Shown: piece by piece, positions 39,970-50,460 of the stretch
Layout: each line of letters opens with the position of its first letter
Position numbering within the stretch: the first letter of the stretch is position 1
Assembly: GCA_963793245.1 (NCBI GenBank)
Contig: CAWBZG010000002.1
Span: 716,973-780,972, forward strand
Direction: 5' to 3'
Length of the DNA stretch: 64,000 nt
DNA from: Rhodothermales bacterium
Lineage (GTDB): Bacteria; Bacteroidota; Rhodothermia; Rhodothermales; BA12
Notes under the pieces: generated by a model
Databases searched by the model: none
Told to the model about the DNA's origin: nothing
What the model saw: only the letters and a program-made list of their open reading frames with translations
Position numbers and translations under genes: made by a program

Positions 39970-41910
39970 GTGTCCCTGATTCCGCCCGAAAAGATCGACG
40001 AAGTCCGGTCGTCCGCCGATCTAGTCGATGTGGTGGGGGACTACGTCAAGCTGAAGCGGCGCGGGTCCAACTACTTCGGGTTGTCACCCTTCAAGAAGGA
40101 GAAGACACCGTCGTTTTCGGTCCACCCCGAACGGCAGTTCTACAAGTGCTTCTCGACCGGAGAGAGCGGCGACGTGTTCTCGTTTCTGCAACACGTGGAG
40201 GGGCTGAGTTTCATCGAGAGCGTTCGCCTCCTCGCCGAGCGGTTCGGGGTGACGCTGCCCCAAGACGACGGCAAAACGGACGACCGAGCGACGGATCAGG
40301 AAGCCGCCTACGCCGCGCTCAAAGTCGCCGCGCGGTTTTTCTACGACACGCTGACGCAAAAGCCCGAGGGCAAACCAGGGCTGGACTATCTGCTTGGGCG
40401 GGGCGTCGAGAAAGCGTCGATCAAGGGCTTCGGAATCGGCTTTGCGCCTGCCAGGTGGGACGGATTGCTGAACCATGCGCAGCAGCAGCACGTGTCGCCT
40501 GGGGCGCTCGAACAGGGCGGCCTCGTCATTCCGCGCAAGGGCGGCGGCGGGCACTACGATCGGTACCGCAACAGGGTCGTGTTTCCGATCTTCTCGCACA
40601 TCGGCAAGATCGTCGGCTTCGGCGGGCGCGTCGTCGATCCAGAGGATGAGCCGAAGTACATCAACTCGCCCGAAACGATCGTCTACCAAAAGAGCAAGGT
40701 GCTCTACGGATTGTACCAGGGTCGGCAGGAGATTCGGACGACCGGCGAGGCGCTGCTCGTCGAAGGCTACACCGACGTCGTCGCGCTGCATCAGGCAGGC
40801 GTCACCAACGCGGTTGCCACGTGCGGAACGGCGCTGACGCCCGAACAGGTCAAGCTGCTGGGCCGCTACGCCAAGCGCATCGTCATGCTCTACGACGGCG
40901 ACGCGGCAGGCTCGAACGCCGCCGTTCGGGGCGTCGATGTGGTGCTCGAACACTGGGGCATGGACGACGCCGACCTGGGGCAGATGCTGGGCGATGGATT
41001 CGTCGTCTACGCCGTCATGCTGCCCGCCGGGTCGGATCCTGATTCCTACGTCCAAGAGCACGGCGCCGACGCCTTTCGCGAGTACGTGGCGAAGCATCGG
41101 CAGGACTTCGTCGAGTTCCAGCACACGCTCGCCGTCCGCAGCGGTGCACTGGACACGCCGCAAGGCGTCGTCGAGGTGCAGGAGCGCGTGCTCGAACAGG
41201 TTGCGATGTTGGGCAATCCGCTCTTGCGCGAGCAATACGTGCGGCGCGTCGCCGAGATTTTTGGTGTGCCTGACATCCACCTGTACAAGGCGCTCGAAAA
41301 GCTGATGAGCAGACGCGGCAAGCGCAAGCAGCGTGAGGCCGAGCGTCCGCCGCGCTTCGATGAGGAGCCGCCGCCCTATGAGGAAGAACGCGTGGTTCGG
41401 CGTCCGACCGTCGTCCTGCCCGAAGAGGCCAACCTGCTGCGGCTGATGCTGTCGGAGGGGACGAGTATGGTTGCGTTCGTGCTGGGGCACATGGCGCTGC
41501 ATGAGTTCTCGGAAGGTCCGGTCCGCGAGATGGTCGAGCACTTGCTGGCGCTCTATGAGAAGGGCGAGGTGCGCAGCGAGCCGTTTCTGGGCGGCGAGTT
41601 TGGGCGCGAGCAGCAGCGGCTGGCGGGCGACGTGCTGGCGATCCGCGAGGTGCCGTCGGCCAACTGGCAGCGGCTTAAGGGCGTCGGCGTGCCTCGGTTC
41701 AACGAAGCGGCACGCGGCAGTGCGGCGGACTCGATGACGCTGCTCAAACTCGACCGCATCGACGAGGCGCTCGACGGCCACCGTAAGACGGTGTATGCCG
41801 CCGAGCAGGGCGATGGCGATCTGGCATCGGCTCTGACGCATCTCAAAGCGCTACAGGACCTGCGCAAGCGCGTGCAGCGACGTGAGTTCTTGCAGGACAT
41901 AGCGGAATAA
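39970..41910 (+). CDS. dnaG: DNA primase
   Basis: 646 aa. The N-terminus is KIDEVRSSADLVDVVGDYVKLKRRGSNYFGLSPFKKEKTPSFSV. TOPRIM blocks EALLVEGYTDVVALHQAG and YDGDAAG are present. Confidence 0.93.
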   Translation: MSLIPPEKIDEVRSSADLVDVVGDYVKLKRRGSNYFGLSPFKKEKTPSFSVHPERQFYKCFSTGESGDVFSFLQHVEGLSFIESVRLLAERFGVTLPQDDGKTDDRATDQEAAYAALKVAARFFYDTLTQKPEGKPGLDYLLGRGVEKASIKGFGIGFAPARWDGLLNHAQQQHVSPGALEQGGLVIPRKGGGGHYDRYRNRVVFPIFSHIGKIVGFGGRVVDPEDEPKYINSPETIVYQKSKVLYGLYQGRQEIRTTGEALLVEGYTDVVALHQAGVTNAVATCGTALTPEQVKLLGRYAKRIVMLYDGDAAGSNAAVRGVDVVLEHWGMDDADLGQMLGDGFVVYAVMLPAGSDPDSYVQEHGADAFREYVAKHRQDFVEFQHTLAVRSGALDTPQGVVEVQERVLEQVAMLGNPLLREQYVRRVAEIFGVPDIHLYKALEKLMSRRGKRKQREAERPPRFDEEPPPYEEERVVRRPTVVLPEEANLLRLMLSEGTSMVAFVLGHMALHEFSEGPVREMVEHLLALYEKGEVRSEPFLGGEFGREQQRLAGDVLAIREVPSANWQRLKGVGVPRFNEAARGSAADSMTLLKLDRIDEALDGHRKTVYAAEQGDGDLASALTHLKALQDLRKRVQRREFLQDIAE

Positions 41911-42007
41911 CTCGTTCCGTCCCAAAACCTGACAGGTTTGATCTCCGCACGCGATTCGCCCTCGTCCAGTTCACGTATTTTCCCTCTCGACCCACCCCAA
42001 TCTCGTC

Positions 42008-44320
42008 ATGCACGACCCCATCGCCCCGCGCGACCCGCTCGCTCCTCTCGTGACGGAGGACACGCCGCACGCAGAGACCCAGGACGACGCGGTTGCAGAG
42101 CCGCGTGCCAAAGCGACCCCTGAAGCGCAGGCGGGTTCGGGTGATAAAGTAGTTGCGTTCGATTCCTTCACGCCGCACCGATTGCCGCGTGCCACACGTC
42201 CGCGCGACGTTCCCAAGCGGTGTGGCGTCACGCATTCGAGCCTGTATTTCAACCGCGAACTGTCGTGGCTCGACTTCAACTGGCGCGTGCTCCATCAGGC
42301 GCTCGACGAGCGGACGCCTCTGATGGAGAGGGTTCGATTTGCGGGCATCGTCGAGAGCAACCTGGACGAGTTTTTTCGCAAGCGCATCGGCGGACTCAAG
42401 CGTCAGGTTGCGGCGGGCGTCCAGAGTCTCACCCCGGACGGACGCACGCCCGACAATCAGATCAGCGACTGCCGCGAGGCCGTGCTCCCGATGTACGATC
42501 TGCTGACCACGACGTGGGAAGACACGCTCCGTCCGCTGCTGAAAGAGCACGCGGGCATCGAACTGCTCCACTACTCGGACCTGGAGGAAAAGGACCGTCG
42601 GCATCTGCACGCGCACTTCCGCAAGCACATTTTCCCGATTCTGACGCCTCTCGCCGTCGACCCGAGCCGTCCGTTTCCTTTTATCTCCAACCTGAGCCTG
42701 TCGCTGGCCGTCATGCTGCGGCATCCTGTCGCCGATACCGAGCACTTCGCCCGTATCAAAGTGCCGACGGCGCGCGGGCGGTGGATCAAACTGGCGCGCA
42801 AAGGGGCCTACGTTCCGGTCGAGGAGGTCATCGCGCACAACCTGCACGAACTGTTTCGCGGGATGGAAATCGTCTCGGCCCACGCGTTCCGAGTCACCCG
42901 CAACGCCGATGTCGGGCGTGAGGACGAGGATGCCGATGACCTGATCGAGCAGATCAGCGAGGAGATGCGCGAGCGCCGGTTTGCTCCGGTCGTCCGCCTC
43001 GAAGTCGAGTCGGAGATGCCACCGCGCGTGCGTGAATTGCTCCAGCGCGAAATGCTGCTGGGCGACGACGATATGTACGAGTGCGCAGGTATGCTCGACG
43101 TGCAATCGTGCGCGAGCGTGGCGAAGCTGCCCCACCCTGCGAACCTCGATTACGAGCCGTGGCAGGCCATCGTACCGACGCGCCTGAGAACGGCGATTTC
43201 GGATTCCGACGTGTCGATCTTCGACGTGATTCGCGAACGCGATCTACTCGTGCACCACCCGTACGAAAGCTTCCGGCTGAGCGTCCAGCGCTTTGTCGAG
43301 GAGGCCGCCGTCGACGACCGCGTTGTGGCGATCAAGCAGACGCTCTATCGCACGTCCGAAGAGTCGCCGATCATCGAGGCGCTGATGCGAGCCGCCGAGA
43401 GTGGCAAGCAAGTCGCGGTTTTGGTCGAGGTCAAGGCGCGGTTCGACGAGGAGAACAACATCGAGTGGGGGCAGAAGCTCGAAAAAGCGGGCGTCCACGT
43501 CACCTACGGGCTGATGGGCCTGAAGACGCACGCCAAGGTCACGCTCGTCATCAGGGAAGAAGCCGACCGTCCGCGCGCCTACTGCCACATCGGAACGGGC
43601 AACTACAATCCGTCGACAGCGCGCTTCTACACCGATACCGGCCTGTTCACGACGCGCCCCGACATCAGCGCCGACCTGATCAACCTGTTTCACTACCTGA
43701 CCGGCTACGCGCCCGAGCAGCACTACCGCCGCCTGCTGATCGCCCCGCGCGAAATGCGCCGCCGCTTCGTCGATCTGATTCGGCGCGAAGTGCAGCGCCA
43801 CAAGCGCAGCGGCAACGGACGTATCATCGCAAAGATGAACGCGCTCGACGATCTGGAGATGATTCAGGAGTTGTACCGGGCGAGCCAAGCCGGTGTGCCC
43901 GTCGACCTGATCGTGCGCGGGCACTGCCGCTTGCGCCCCGGACTTGAGCGCATCAGCGAAAACATCCGCGTCCGGTCCATCGTCGGGCGGTTTCTCGAAC
44001 ACAGTCGCATCTATCAGTTCGGAGAAGGCGACGACGCGCGCCTCTTCCACGGCAGCGCCGACTGGCAACGCCGCAACCTGGACGACCGCGTCGAGTCCAT
44101 CGTGCAGATCGACGACGAGATCGCACGCGCGCGTCTGATGCGGACGCTCCAACTCGCCCTCGAAGATCGCCGCCAGTCGTGGGCGCTCCAGCCGGACGGC
44201 ACCTACTGTCTACTAGTACCCGAGAACGCCGAGGAAAACATAGGCTTCCAAGAGCGGCTGATGCAGCGCGCGCATCACCGGAGCGAGCAGGTGGCACGTC
44301 CCTGGACGGCAGGCCTCTGA
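42008..44320 (+). CDS. ppk1: polyphosphate kinase 1
   Basis: 770 aa with YFNRELSWLDFNWRVLHQA, ESNLDEFF, two PLD-like HxK blocks (LKTHAKVTLV and FLEHSRIYQF). Confidence 0.95.
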   Translation: MHDPIAPRDPLAPLVTEDTPHAETQDDAVAEPRAKATPEAQAGSGDKVVAFDSFTPHRLPRATRPRDVPKRCGVTHSSLYFNRELSWLDFNWRVLHQALDERTPLMERVRFAGIVESNLDEFFRKRIGGLKRQVAAGVQSLTPDGRTPDNQISDCREAVLPMYDLLTTTWEDTLRPLLKEHAGIELLHYSDLEEKDRRHLHAHFRKHIFPILTPLAVDPSRPFPFISNLSLSLAVMLRHPVADTEHFARIKVPTARGRWIKLARKGAYVPVEEVIAHNLHELFRGMEIVSAHAFRVTRNADVGREDEDADDLIEQISEEMRERRFAPVVRLEVESEMPPRVRELLQREMLLGDDDMYECAGMLDVQSCASVAKLPHPANLDYEPWQAIVPTRLRTAISDSDVSIFDVIRERDLLVHHPYESFRLSVQRFVEEAAVDDRVVAIKQTLYRTSEESPIIEALMRAAESGKQVAVLVEVKARFDEENNIEWGQKLEKAGVHVTYGLMGLKTHAKVTLVIREEADRPRAYCHIGTGNYNPSTARFYTDTGLFTTRPDISADLINLFHYLTGYAPEQHYRRLLIAPREMRRRFVDLIRREVQRHKRSGNGRIIAKMNALDDLEMIQELYRASQAGVPVDLIVRGHCRLRPGLERISENIRVRSIVGRFLEHSRIYQFGEGDDARLFHGSADWQRRNLDDRVESIVQIDDEIARARLMRTLQLALEDRRQSWALQPDGTYCLLVPENAEENIGFQERLMQRAHHRSEQVARPWTAGL

Positions 44321-44321
44321 T

Positions 44322-45002
44322 CTAGCCGTGTGCAAGCGCTGATGACGTCCGGCAGCCGACGATGGCAGGCGACTGGTGAATCAACTCGTCGTTCGTCAGC
44401 GCGTCGACCATGAACAGGGCGAAGTCGGTGCGGCGGGTGCGGTTGCTCATCAGGATTGGATCACCGACGTGGTGGCTCCAGATGGGGAGGCCGTGACCTT
44501 CGCCTTCTTCCAGGTCGCTGCCTCGTACGACCGTCCAGCATGTGTCGCTATCGAAGATCCGGCGGCAGGCCTCGGCTTGGTCGTCTACGTCGGCGAAGCG
44601 AACCAGCTTGGCTAGTGCGCCAAAGACCCTGAGTAGCGTCGTGAACGTGCGGGAGTACACGTCTTTTCCGTCGCGCGAGATGTGCCAGCCACACGAGAAG
44701 ACGAGGCGAGCACTCGGCGGCGCGAAGTCAAGAACGGCCTGGGCCGTACCGGTCGCATACTGCCGGACGCCGTAGGGGACGAGAACAGTTAAGACTCCAT
44801 CGCACCCGACCACAGCACGCTGGACGACGGCTCTGTCGTCAGTATCTCCGGGCATGATCTCGATCCGATCCTTGAACTGGGCGAGCTTGGAGACGCTCTG
44901 CTCGCGACATACGGCGACGACGCGGTAGCCTCGGTCGAGTGCATGGCTGACCATGTAGCGTCCCAGTTTTCCCGAGGCTCCTATGATGCAGACGGTTTTC
45001 AT
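44322..45002 (-). CDS. NAD(P)-binding (NmrA/BVR-B-like SDR) protein
   Basis: ATG at 45002 gives MKTVCIIGASGKLGRYMVSHALDRGYRVVAVCRE. The upstream 250 codons of track ORF 44322..45752 are non-coding-like and overlap a better + strand gene. Confidence 0.75.
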   Translation of the reverse strand: MKTVCIIGASGKLGRYMVSHALDRGYRVVAVCREQSVSKLAQFKDRIEIMPGDTDDRAVVQRAVVGCDGVLTVLVPYGVRQYATGTAQAVLDFAPPSARLVFSCGWHISRDGKDVYSRTFTTLLRVFGALAKLVRFADVDDQAEACRRIFDSDTCWTVVRGSDLEEGEGHGLPIWSHHVGDPILMSNRTRRTDFALFMVDALTNDELIHQSPAIVGCRTSSALAHG

Positions 45003-45194
45003 TGGCAGAGGGAGAGGAGCGATAAAGGTCAGAATACGCGCGTTGGGGCAAAAAAGCGGGCTAAGGGGCGACGCCGTCGTGCCGTGTACATTTTGTTGCG
45101 CAGGCCTTAAAGGTTGAGCGAGTACCGTCGATACAGAGAGAGACCTCGAGCACAATCGCTCTCCTCTCCTCGCCGTCATCCTTTCTCCCACGGT

Positions 45195-45743
45195 ATGAAA
45201 TCGCACCTCCGCTCCATCACTCTCGGCCTTGCCGCACTCGTCCTGCTCGTCGCCGCGCGTCCTGCGAACGACAACGCCATGACCGCCAGCTTCCACCAGC
45301 AACTCTTCGTCCTGAAGGCGCTCAAGCCGGGTATCAAAAAAGTCGGCTTGTTCGTCGACGCCTCGTTCGCCGCTGATGCGGCGCAGATGGAAGCTGTCAC
45401 TCGCGCCGCTGCCGGTTCTCAGGTGTCGATCCACATCGCGCCGGTCTCCAGCGTCGCCGACGTAGCATCCAAGTTCCGCACGCTCGACGGAGACGGCATC
45501 GACGCCATCTGGGTGCCGATCAGCCAGGGCAACATGGCCCAAGGTTCGGCCCGCACCTTCCTGGTCGAGAACGCTGCCCGCAAGCGTCTCCCACTCTTCG
45601 GACCTGACCGCAGCTGGGTCGATGCCGGTGCCGTCGGCGCCTTCGACGGTGCCCTCGTGCTCAACCAGCGCACGCTCACGGCTCTGTCGCTGACCGTACC
45701 TGAGTCGCTCGCGGCATCGGCTCAAATGCTGGCTGCCAACTGA
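45195..45743 (+). CDS. periplasmic solute-binding-fold-like protein (short, ABC_sub_bind-like)
   Basis: ATG at 45195 gives MKSHLRSITLGLAALVLLVAARPANDNA. A KKVGLFVD...IDAIWVP... pattern follows. The functional call is tentative. Confidence 0.5.
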   Translation: MKSHLRSITLGLAALVLLVAARPANDNAMTASFHQQLFVLKALKPGIKKVGLFVDASFAADAAQMEAVTRAAAGSQVSIHIAPVSSVADVASKFRTLDGDGIDAIWVPISQGNMAQGSARTFLVENAARKRLPLFGPDRSWVDAGAVGAFDGALVLNQRTLTALSLTVPESLAASAQMLAAN

Positions 45744-45821
45744 TCGGCCCACCCATCTGGCAGCGGTAGAGGGTGCTCCTCACCGCTGCCGCTCTCTCTC
45801 GCGTCCTAAAACCCCTCCCTC

Positions 45822-47825
45822 ATGTCAGACGCCGTCTCTCGCTCCACTCCCGATGTGCTCGGCACGTTGGTGCTCAAAAATCAACCGCTCCGCAGGCGAT
45901 TCGCGCTCATTCTGGGCGTTTGCCTGCTCCTCGTCGGCGCGCTCGTCGCCTGGTTCACGGTCTTCGCGACCGATGCCATCCAGCGCACCAACTACGAGCG
46001 CTCCGAACTATTGGCCCGCTCGGTTGCTTCCGATGGCTATCTGGGCGTCCTGATGCAGGACGCGGGTGGTCTGGACGAGAAAATCCAGCGCTTGGTGACA
46101 GATGATCTGGCTCTCGGAGCCGCGTACTATGCCGCCGACGGAACGGTCATCGCCGATCTGGACGCGTCGGGACTGGCTCAGGCCCTCGACTTCTCTCACG
46201 TGGAGACGATCAGCGTCGATCTGGCCGACGGAACGCCTGCCACGCTATCGGTCGCTCCCGTTTCTGGGGATGAGGAAGAAGCCATCGGCTACGCCGTCGT
46301 GGTCGTTTCCGCAGAGGCTCAGGCAGCCGCGGCAGCCGCACTCATTCGTACGGGTGTGATCGCTACGGTCGTGTTCGCGGTCCTCATACTGCTCGTTCTG
46401 CTCGGCATTCAGAAGACGGTCGTGGCTCCGGTGACGCATCTGCACGAAGCCGCCGACGCGGTCAGCAGCGGCAATCTCGACGCTCACGTCGACGTAGATC
46501 AGAAGGACGAAATCGGCCAACTCGCTGCCGCATTCAACCAGATGATAGCCGCTCAGCGCACGTTCACCGAGACCATCGAAGGCGAGCGGGAGACCGCCGA
46601 GTCTGCTCGTCGTCAGGCTGCCGAGTTGCAGCAGCGCGCCGAGAACGACCGCGTCTATCTGCAAGACCGTTTCAAGGAAATCGACCGTGTCATCGGTGCC
46701 GTCACCGAAGGCGACTTGACACAATCTCTCGACATCGCCGATGCGTCAGACGACGTGGGCGCGCTGATGAACCGCATCAACACGATGATCGAGGACCTCA
46801 ATGGCCTGATTTCGCAGGTGCAAACGTCGAGCGCCAGCCTCGCCGATGCGTCGAGCAGCGTTTCGGCGTCCGCCGAGCAGATGGCGGCTGGAGCACACGA
46901 ACAAGCGCAGCAGACAGCCGTCGTTGCGTCCGCCGTCGAAGAGATGTCGGTCACGGCCAATACGTCGGCTCAGAATGCCGAGCATGCCAGCGGCATCAGT
47001 ACCGAAGCCACGCAACTTGCCGCTCAAGGCGAAGAGGTGTTCGAGCAGACGACCGGCAGCATGACCCGCATCGCCGAGATCGTTCGGGCGTCGGCGGAAA
47101 GTGTCGCCACGCTGGGCGCTTCGAGCGCACAGATCGGCGAGATCGTCAACGTGATCGACGACATCGCCGGACAGACCAACTTGCTTGCCCTCAACGCCGC
47201 CATCGAAGCGGCCCGAGCCGGAGAGCACGGACGCGGGTTCGCCGTCGTCGCCGACGAAGTGCGCAAGCTCGCCGAACGCACCAGCCAGGCCACCGAAGAG
47301 ATCAGCGCGATGATCCGCCGCATCCAGACCGAGACCAAAGAGGTTGTCACGTCGATGGAGAAGGGCAACGCCGAATCCGACGCTGGCCTGCAACTCGCCG
47401 GAGACGCCGCTGTCCTGCTAAGCCGCATCATCGAGTCCATCGGCGACATGCGCAAAGGCATCGACCACATCTCGAAAGCCAGCGACGAGCAGGCGCAGAC
47501 GAGCAGCGAAGTCGCTCGGAGCGTCGAGTCCATCGCCGCCGTGTCGAACGAGACCAGCGAAGCTACCGTATCGCTCGCCCAAACTGCGGAGTCCATGACG
47601 CAGCAAGTCGACGCCCAGCGCGCCGTCATCAACCGCTTCCGCGTCCGGGCCGGACAGGTCGCTGCGCCCAAATCGACGCCTTCGGTATCGGTTCAGCCCT
47701 CGCGTCCGGTTGCCGCACCCGCACCGCGCACCGCCGCTCCCGATCTCGCCGAAGCTGCGCACAGTGGTGACGGGTACAGCGGAGACGGTTACGGCAAACC
47801 GACAGACTTCGACACGTTCAGCTAA
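45822..47825 (+). CDS. methyl-accepting chemotaxis protein
   Basis: 667 aa with two TM segments around a roughly 150-aa periplasmic region and HAMP domains. The conserved signalling hairpin is [43 protein letters not shown]. Confidence 0.9.
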   Translation: MSDAVSRSTPDVLGTLVLKNQPLRRRFALILGVCLLLVGALVAWFTVFATDAIQRTNYERSELLARSVASDGYLGVLMQDAGGLDEKIQRLVTDDLALGAAYYAADGTVIADLDASGLAQALDFSHVETISVDLADGTPATLSVAPVSGDEEEAIGYAVVVVSAEAQAAAAAALIRTGVIATVVFAVLILLVLLGIQKTVVAPVTHLHEAADAVSSGNLDAHVDVDQKDEIGQLAAAFNQMIAAQRTFTETIEGERETAESARRQAAELQQRAENDRVYLQDRFKEIDRVIGAVTEGDLTQSLDIADASDDVGALMNRINTMIEDLNGLISQVQTSSASLADASSSVSASAEQMAAGAHEQAQQTAVVASAVEEMSVTANTSAQNAEHASGISTEATQLAAQGEEVFEQTTGSMTRIAEIVRASAESVATLGASSAQIGEIVNVIDDIAGQTNLLALNAAIEAARAGEHGRGFAVVADEVRKLAERTSQATEEISAMIRRIQTETKEVVTSMEKGNAESDAGLQLAGDAAVLLSRIIESIGDMRKGIDHISKASDEQAQTSSEVARSVESIAAVSNETSEATVSLAQTAESMTQQVDAQRAVINRFRVRAGQVAAPKSTPSVSVQPSRPVAAPAPRTAAPDLAEAAHSGDGYSGDGYGKPTDFDTFS

Positions 47826-47845
47826 TCGCGTCGTCCAAACACCAC

Positions 47846-47879
47846 AACGCCCGCTCGGTCTCTGGACTGGGCGGGCGTT
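47846..47879 (+). terminator. GC-rich hairpin after the MCP gene
   Basis: AACGCCCGC (47846-47854) pairs with GCGGGCGTT (47871-47879). There is no clear U-tract. Confidence 0.45.
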
Positions 47880-47896
47880 ATTGCGTGTTGGTGCTG

Positions 47897-47940
47897 CCGT
47901 GGCGGACTCGTCGGCGGTGCATGCAGCGTCGCTACGGGGG
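47897..47940 (-). repeat. degenerate GTAG-headed palindromic element just downstream of the pfkA stop
   Basis: The reverse complement reads CCCCCGTAGCGACGCTGCATGCACCGCCGACGAG. It has the same CCCGTAGCG head as 7801..7903 and 50412..50447, but the palindrome is imperfect. Confidence 0.35.
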
Positions 47941-47942
47941 CG

Positions 47943-49073
47943 TCAGCTAACGACTGACGTGCTCTGCATTTTGACAGGCTGATCGTCGCGTGGGATTCCG
48001 AACGACGTGCCGACCGATAGCGCGGACGCGAGCAGTGGGGCGTCGAGGGGGACGGTGCGGACCTTGTTCGCAACGTCGGCGAGGGGGACCGAAGCGAGAC
48101 GGCTGTTCTGTAGAACGGCTAGGCGTCCGAATTGACCTTCGGCGACCATTGAGGCAGCATAGCTACCAAAAGCAGTCGCGAGCGTTCGGTCGAAGGGGTT
48201 GGGCGTGCCGCCGCGTTGCATGTGGCCCAGAATCGTAGTCCGGACTTCGCTGCGCATCTTGGATTTCTCCAACTCGGCCTCGATCCAGCGCGAGATGCCG
48301 CCCAGCCGGATCGGATCGGGGCTGTCGGCGATGACTTCGCGGATGACGCGGCTTCCGTCTTTGGGCTTGGCGCCCTCGGCGACGCAGATCAGCGTGAAGC
48401 GCTGGCCGCCCATCTCGCGTTCGCGGCAGACGCGGACGACCTCTTCGATCTCGAACTCGATCTCGGGAATCAGGATGATGTCGGCGCCCCCAGCGACTCC
48501 GGCGTAGAGCGCGATCCATCCAGCGTAGCGGCCCATCGTTTCGAGGATCATCACCCTGTGATGGCTCTGAGCCGTCGTATGCAGGCGGTCGAGCGCTTCG
48601 GTCGCGATGCCCGCAGCCGTCGAGAAGCCGAACGTCCGGTCTGTCCCGACCAAGTCGTTGTCGATGGTCTTGGGTACGCCGACGAGGTTGAGGCCGAGTT
48701 TCTGCAAGCCGTCGGCAATCGTCATCGTGCCGTCGCCGCCGATCACGACGATGGCGTCGAGATTGAGCGTGCGTTTGCAGTAGCGGACGACCTCGTTCGA
48801 CACGTCGGCACCGCCGCGTTTGTAGTAATTGAACGGGTTGGCCTTGTTGCTCGTGCCCAGGATCGTACCGCCGCGCGTCAGGATGCCGGATACGTCGGCG
48901 TAGCTAAGCTGCTGCATCCGCTGCTCGATCAGACCGAGGAAGCCGTCCTGAAAGCCGAATACTTCGGCGTTGTGTTGCAGGATCAGGCTTTTGGTGACGG
49001 CGCGGATGACGGCGTTGAGGCCGGGACAATCGCCGCCGCCGGTGAGTAGACCGACGCGGAGGCTTCGAGACAT
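47943..49073 (-). CDS. pfkA: ATP-dependent 6-phosphofructokinase
   Basis: 376 aa with GGDCPGLNAVIRAV, IGGDGT, PKTIDNDL and MGRYAGWIAL. Confidence 0.92.
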   Translation of the reverse strand: MSRSLRVGLLTGGGDCPGLNAVIRAVTKSLILQHNAEVFGFQDGFLGLIEQRMQQLSYADVSGILTRGGTILGTSNKANPFNYYKRGGADVSNEVVRYCKRTLNLDAIVVIGGDGTMTIADGLQKLGLNLVGVPKTIDNDLVGTDRTFGFSTAAGIATEALDRLHTTAQSHHRVMILETMGRYAGWIALYAGVAGGADIILIPEIEFEIEEVVRVCREREMGGQRFTLICVAEGAKPKDGSRVIREVIADSPDPIRLGGISRWIEAELEKSKMRSEVRTTILGHMQRGGTPNPFDRTLATAFGSYAASMVAEGQFGRLAVLQNSRLASVPLADVANKVRTVPLDAPLLASALSVGTSFGIPRDDQPVKMQSTSVVS

Positions 49074-49197
49074 AGATTCGGGCGGATGGAGAACGGCAAA
49101 GATAACCGCTGCCGAACCGACCGCTCGTTACCGCTGCGTTGTGGAAGCGCTTCACCTCGCTGCTGACACTTCGGCGCGTTCAGCGATTGATGAGCGA

Positions 49198-50373
49198 TCA
49201 GGAAAGGCGCCCGAGATCGTCGAAGAGCAGGTGGCTCGTCACCGCGTCGGCGACGAGCAGGCCGCTGTCGGTCAGGCGTAGCGTCGATCCATCGTGGATC
49301 AGCAGTCCTTCGGATTGGAGCATTGCTACATCGTCCGATTTCTCGTGCATCAGGTCGGCGGCGTAGCGCCGGTCGAGCGTGTCGAGGTCGAGGCCGTCGG
49401 ACGTGCGCAGGCGCAGCATGAGGTATTCGTTGGCGAGCGCGTCCATCGTTAGGCGGTCGGCGTTTTCGACCGGACCCTGCCGCTGTTCGATCAGCGCATT
49501 GTACCGCGCGAGGTTGCGGACGTTGTCCCACCGATGTGCTCCGCCGCGAGGCGCGCCCCACCAAAAGCTGTGCGCGGATGGCCCCAGTCCGACATAGTTG
49601 GCGTGCGTCCAATACGCGCTGTTGTGAACGGCGCGCTGGTCCGGCTTGGCGAAACTCGACACCTCGTAGTGCTCGTATCCGGCGTCGCGCAGAAATGATT
49701 GCGTAAACGAAAACCGCTCAGCGACTTCGTCATCGGGGGCCGGGATCACCAGCCCACGCGCGACCTGCTTGCCCAGCGGTGTGCCCTCCTCGACGGTCAA
49801 GCCGTACGCCGAAATATGCGGCGCGCCCAGCCGAATCGCTTTCTGGACGTTCGCCATCCAATACTCGGGCGGCTGATCGGGGAGGCCGAAGATCAGGTCG
49901 ATCGAGAACGACTCGAACCCCGCGTCGCGCGCCCACAGGATCGACTGCTCTGCCTGCTCCGCCGTGTGCGAGCGGTTCATCCACCTTAGATCGTCGCCGA
50001 AAAACGATTGGATGCCGATCGAAAGCCGCGTCACACCGCCCTGTTTGAGGACGCGCAGATAGCCGGGGGTTACGTCGTCCGGGTTGACCTCGACGGTCAC
50101 CTCGCGCACGCCGGACGTGTCGAAGTGGACGCTCGCCAGCTTGACGAGTCGAACCAGATCCTCGGCGGGTAGTCGCGAGGGCGTCCCGCCACCGAAGTAG
50201 ATCGTCTCTACTGGATCGTGCGATGCCAACTCATGTCCATACGACGCCATCTCCCGCTCGACCGAAGCCAAGAATGGCGCCGGAGAGGTCTTGGACGTGA
50301 CGAAGTAAAAGTCGCAGTAGGTGCAGCGCTGAGCGCAGTAGGGCACGTGGATGTACAGCAGCATGCGAGGCAA
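49198..50373 (-). CDS. hemW: radical SAM heme chaperone HemW / coproporphyrinogen-III-oxidase-like protein
   Basis: 391 aa with LYIHVPYCAQRCTYCDFY (CxxxCxxC) and the HemN-type C-terminal domain. Confidence 0.9.
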   Translation of the reverse strand: MPRMLLYIHVPYCAQRCTYCDFYFVTSKTSPAPFLASVEREMASYGHELASHDPVETIYFGGGTPSRLPAEDLVRLVKLASVHFDTSGVREVTVEVNPDDVTPGYLRVLKQGGVTRLSIGIQSFFGDDLRWMNRSHTAEQAEQSILWARDAGFESFSIDLIFGLPDQPPEYWMANVQKAIRLGAPHISAYGLTVEEGTPLGKQVARGLVIPAPDDEVAERFSFTQSFLRDAGYEHYEVSSFAKPDQRAVHNSAYWTHANYVGLGPSAHSFWWGAPRGGAHRWDNVRNLARYNALIEQRQGPVENADRLTMDALANEYLMLRLRTSDGLDLDTLDRRYAADLMHEKSDDVAMLQSEGLLIHDGSTLRLTDSGLLVADAVTSHLLFDDLGRLS

Positions 50374-50411
50374 ACGCCGACGCAGCGGGAGCGTGCCCCG
50401 CCTCGCGCATT

Positions 50412-50447
50412 CCTCCCGTAGCGACGTTACATGTAACGTCGCCGAGG
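50412..50447 (+). repeat. GTAG-headed palindromic (REP-like) element downstream of the DUF2461 gene
   Basis: CCTCCCGTAGCGACGTTACATGTAACGTCGCCGAGG, containing the perfect 22-bp palindrome GCGACGTTACATGTAACGTCGC. Confidence 0.6.
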
Positions 50448-50460
50448 TCGTCCCAACCTC

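Noticed and set aside
40084-41841. 585-aa ORF on the - strand
   Set aside because: It is antisense to dnaG, whose product has clear primase motifs. The ORF product is an Arg/Leu/His-rich low-information sequence.
41924-41935. 12-mer AAAACCTGACAG shared between the hairpin after dnaG and the hairpin at 56538..56549
   Set aside because: Exact 12-mer matches are expected many times by chance in 64 kb on both strands, and the similarity does not extend convincingly beyond it.
45003-45752. N-terminal extension of track ORF 44322..45752
   Set aside because: The SDR-type protein starts convincingly at ATG 45002 with a Rossmann motif. The extension overlaps the signal-peptide-bearing + strand gene at 45195..45743.
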